Virus record (IMG/VR): IMGVR_UViG_3300005676_000020
Location: 64,001-128,000 of that record
Direction: 5' to 3' (one strand)
DNA from: a virus
DNA: 64,000 nt
Numbering within the stretch: the first letter of the stretch is position 1; each line of letters begins with the position of its first letter. The translations under genes and the position numbers were made by a program. The notes below the pieces were generated by a model. That model did no database searches. It was given only the letters and a program-made list of their open reading frames with translations, and had not been told where the DNA came from. Positions 62,252 to 64,000 of this stretch are shown piece by piece.

Positions 62252-62983
62252 ATGAAAGTACTAGCTATAACAGCGACTTGTGGGAGACACACCTGTCTTG
62301 AAAGATCAGTTAGATTCTTTCTGGACCAGGATTATAGTGACTGTGTTCAGCTGATATACCAGAATTCTAAAGTAGAGCAACGTCTGAACTCTAATCTTGG
62401 CAAGAATATTATTCTGGTAAACCAGGCTCATAGAACCCAGGACAGGCGTGATTATACCTGTCTTGGTGAGATATACAATGATATCATTAAGTTTATACCG
62501 GCTGACGTAGAGGTAGTTACCTTCTGGGATGATGATGACCTTTTTCTACCAAATCATATACGAGAAGGGGTAGAAGGACTCGTCCGGGGAGGAAAGACAG
62601 CTTATAAGCCAATGAAGTCCTTTTATAAAGAAAAGGGAAGAGTTGCCTTAGTCACCAATGTTTTGGAACCGTCTATGTTCATAAAAGTAGACCATATTAA
62701 AAAGTACGGGTTTAGTAACACTACTTCTGACCAACATATGAGTTGGGTACGGCCGTTGATAGAGACTAATGATATATTCGTTGATACTGAAGGAGTACCT
62801 ACTTACGTATGCGACTGGTCTCAAGAAATATCTACATTTAAGACTTCCGGAGACCCTAATAACAAGAACAATTTTGTAAACTATCATAAAAGCTCTGCTG
62901 ACCACGGCGACGGTATAATCACCCCGGCACCAAAGTCAGTAGCTGAAAAATATTATTCACAATTCAATAGTTATGCACGTTGA
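62252..62983 (+). CDS. GT-A fold (GT2-like) glycosyltransferase
   Basis: ITATCGR...FLDQDY...LGEIYN...TFWDDDD. Confidence 0.8.
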   Translation: MKVLAITATCGRHTCLERSVRFFLDQDYSDCVQLIYQNSKVEQRLNSNLGKNIILVNQAHRTQDRRDYTCLGEIYNDIIKFIPADVEVVTFWDDDDLFLPNHIREGVEGLVRGGKTAYKPMKSFYKEKGRVALVTNVLEPSMFIKVDHIKKYGFSNTTSDQHMSWVRPLIETNDIFVDTEGVPTYVCDWSQEISTFKTSGDPNNKNNFVNYHKSSADHGDGIITPAPKSVAEKYYSQFNSYAR

Positions 62984-63494
62984 AGTACAGCAGTTTATAC
63001 AGGAAGTTAAGGCCAAACACAATGATTTCTTTACAGGAAAGAAGGTTCTCGAAGTTGGTTCTCTTGACATAAATGGTAGTATAAGACCTCTTTTCTTTAA
63101 GTGTGATTACTTGGGAATAGACCTTGGCCCAGGAAAAGGAGTAGATATGGTTAAGCCAATACATGAGCTTGACCATTTTGATACATATGATGTAGTAGTT
63201 TCTACAGAGATGCTGGAGCACGACCAGTTTTGGAAAGATTCTTTGAAAAGAATGTATGACGTTTTAAAACCTTCTGGGTTACTAATACTTACCTGTGCCG
63301 GACCGGCTAGGCATGAACATGGCACAACCAGGACTACTCCCGGGGATGCCCCGTTTACCAATGACTATTATAGAAATATAACCTTATCTGATTTCATGTC
63401 TATCCTGCCTGAAAATCTCTTTTCAGAATATAAACTTGAGTACCGGCGGGCAGATACAGACTTAGTTTTTTACGGAATAAAAACCAAACCATGA
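62973..63494 (+). CDS. Class I SAM-dependent methyltransferase
   Basis: KVLEVGSLDING, GIDL, DVVVSTEMLEH and LKPSG. Confidence 0.85.
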   Translation: MHVEVQQFIQEVKAKHNDFFTGKKVLEVGSLDINGSIRPLFFKCDYLGIDLGPGKGVDMVKPIHELDHFDTYDVVVSTEMLEHDQFWKDSLKRMYDVLKPSGLLILTCAGPARHEHGTTRTTPGDAPFTNDYYRNITLSDFMSILPENLFSEYKLEYRRADTDLVFYGIKTKP

Positions 63495-64000
63495 TACCAA
63501 GAAACTTAATATTTCTAAGCGCTCATTCGCACGATGAGTGTTTTATCTGGCAATGCCAGGTGTTCATTGTAAATTTCAGAGATAAAGGGGTACCGATGGA
63601 CCAGATACATATTGTCGTATGGTACCCAAAGACCGGTCTGAACCAGAAATGGGAGCTATTGAGGAAGAAGTATCCCAGGGTAAAGTTCTTCTTTTACAAA
63701 GACGAAGATGTCGATTTAAAGCTTTATATTCCTCAATTGAGACCTAATGTTCTCAAGAGGTATATTGCCGACAATCCTAGTGATAACGTGTTCTTTTATC
63801 ACGACGCCGACATTATTTTCAACTTTTTACCAAACTTCACCGAGCTGGTAAAAGGACCGGTTTGCTGGCAAAGTGATACCTCTGGGTATCTGGACTATAA
63901 CTATCTAAGATCTAAGGAAATAGAAGGTAAAATACCTGAACATGAAGCCATAGGTAAATTAGCAGAAATAGGAAAAGTATCAGTAGATACAATAATGAGC
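63491..64000 (+). CDS. HPAT/SRGT1-like peptide O-glycosyltransferase (partial, runs off the window)
   Basis: Manual translation: ...CFIWQCQVFIVNF...LYIPQLRPNVLKRYI...FFYHDADIIF (DxD). Confidence 0.55.
   Translation, partial: MIPRNLIFLSAHSHDECFIWQCQVFIVNFRDKGVPMDQIHIVVWYPKTGLNQKWELLRKKYPRVKFFFYKDEDVDLKLYIPQLRPNVLKRYIADNPSDNVFFYHDADIIFNFLPNFTELVKGPVCWQSDTSGYLDYNYLRSKEIEGKIPEHEAIGKLAEIGKVSVDTIMS

Noticed and set aside
1-64000. Numerous antisense/overlapping ORFs in the six-frame track (e.g. 10438-11397 +, 47967-48914 -, 56752-57378 -)
   Set aside because: They are shadows of well-supported genes on the opposite strand and have no motifs.
1-64000. Stop-codon reassignment as in some crAss-like phages
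   Set aside because: Large genes (polB, terL, portal, MCP) are intact in the standard code and no suppressor tRNA was seen.

Overview
About 64 kb of a crAss-like (Crassvirales-related) dsDNA phage of Bacteroidota, read in the standard genetic code. A gltX fragment hints at a Chitinophagaceae/Sphingobacteriales-type host. Two divergent arms meet near 35,950-36,100, at a G-rich palindromic stretch that is probably the genome end. The left arm (minus strand) runs from early genes under a repeated 18-nt phage promoter-like motif through a mosaic accessory region to the replication genes (PolB, ATP-dependent ligase, DnaB-like helicase). It also carries two AAA+ ATPases (one ARC/Mpa-like), a tRNA-Lys and an HNH gene. 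The right arm (plus strand) holds a Dam methylase, lysis genes, an IHF-like protein, an intein-containing terminase, portal, scaffold, major capsid, ring/auxiliary structural proteins, Cys-rich fibre-like proteins and glycosyltransferases. Five observations stand out. (1) A structured ncRNA reproduces the L11-binding GTPase-associated centre (H43-H44) of 23S rRNA with a 90-nt insertion. (2) A downstream stem of that RNA appears split by a 3-kb patchwork of captured prophage/host DNA. (3) Mucin-like poly-Thr tracts in four virion proteins lie beside a peptidyl-Ser/Hyp-type (SRGT1/HPAT-like) glycosyltransferase, suggesting a virion O-glycosylation system. (4) A tRNA-like element follows the major capsid gene. 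(5) The phage encodes an ARC/Mpa-like unfoldase. All family calls are from motif recognition by eye; no searches were run.
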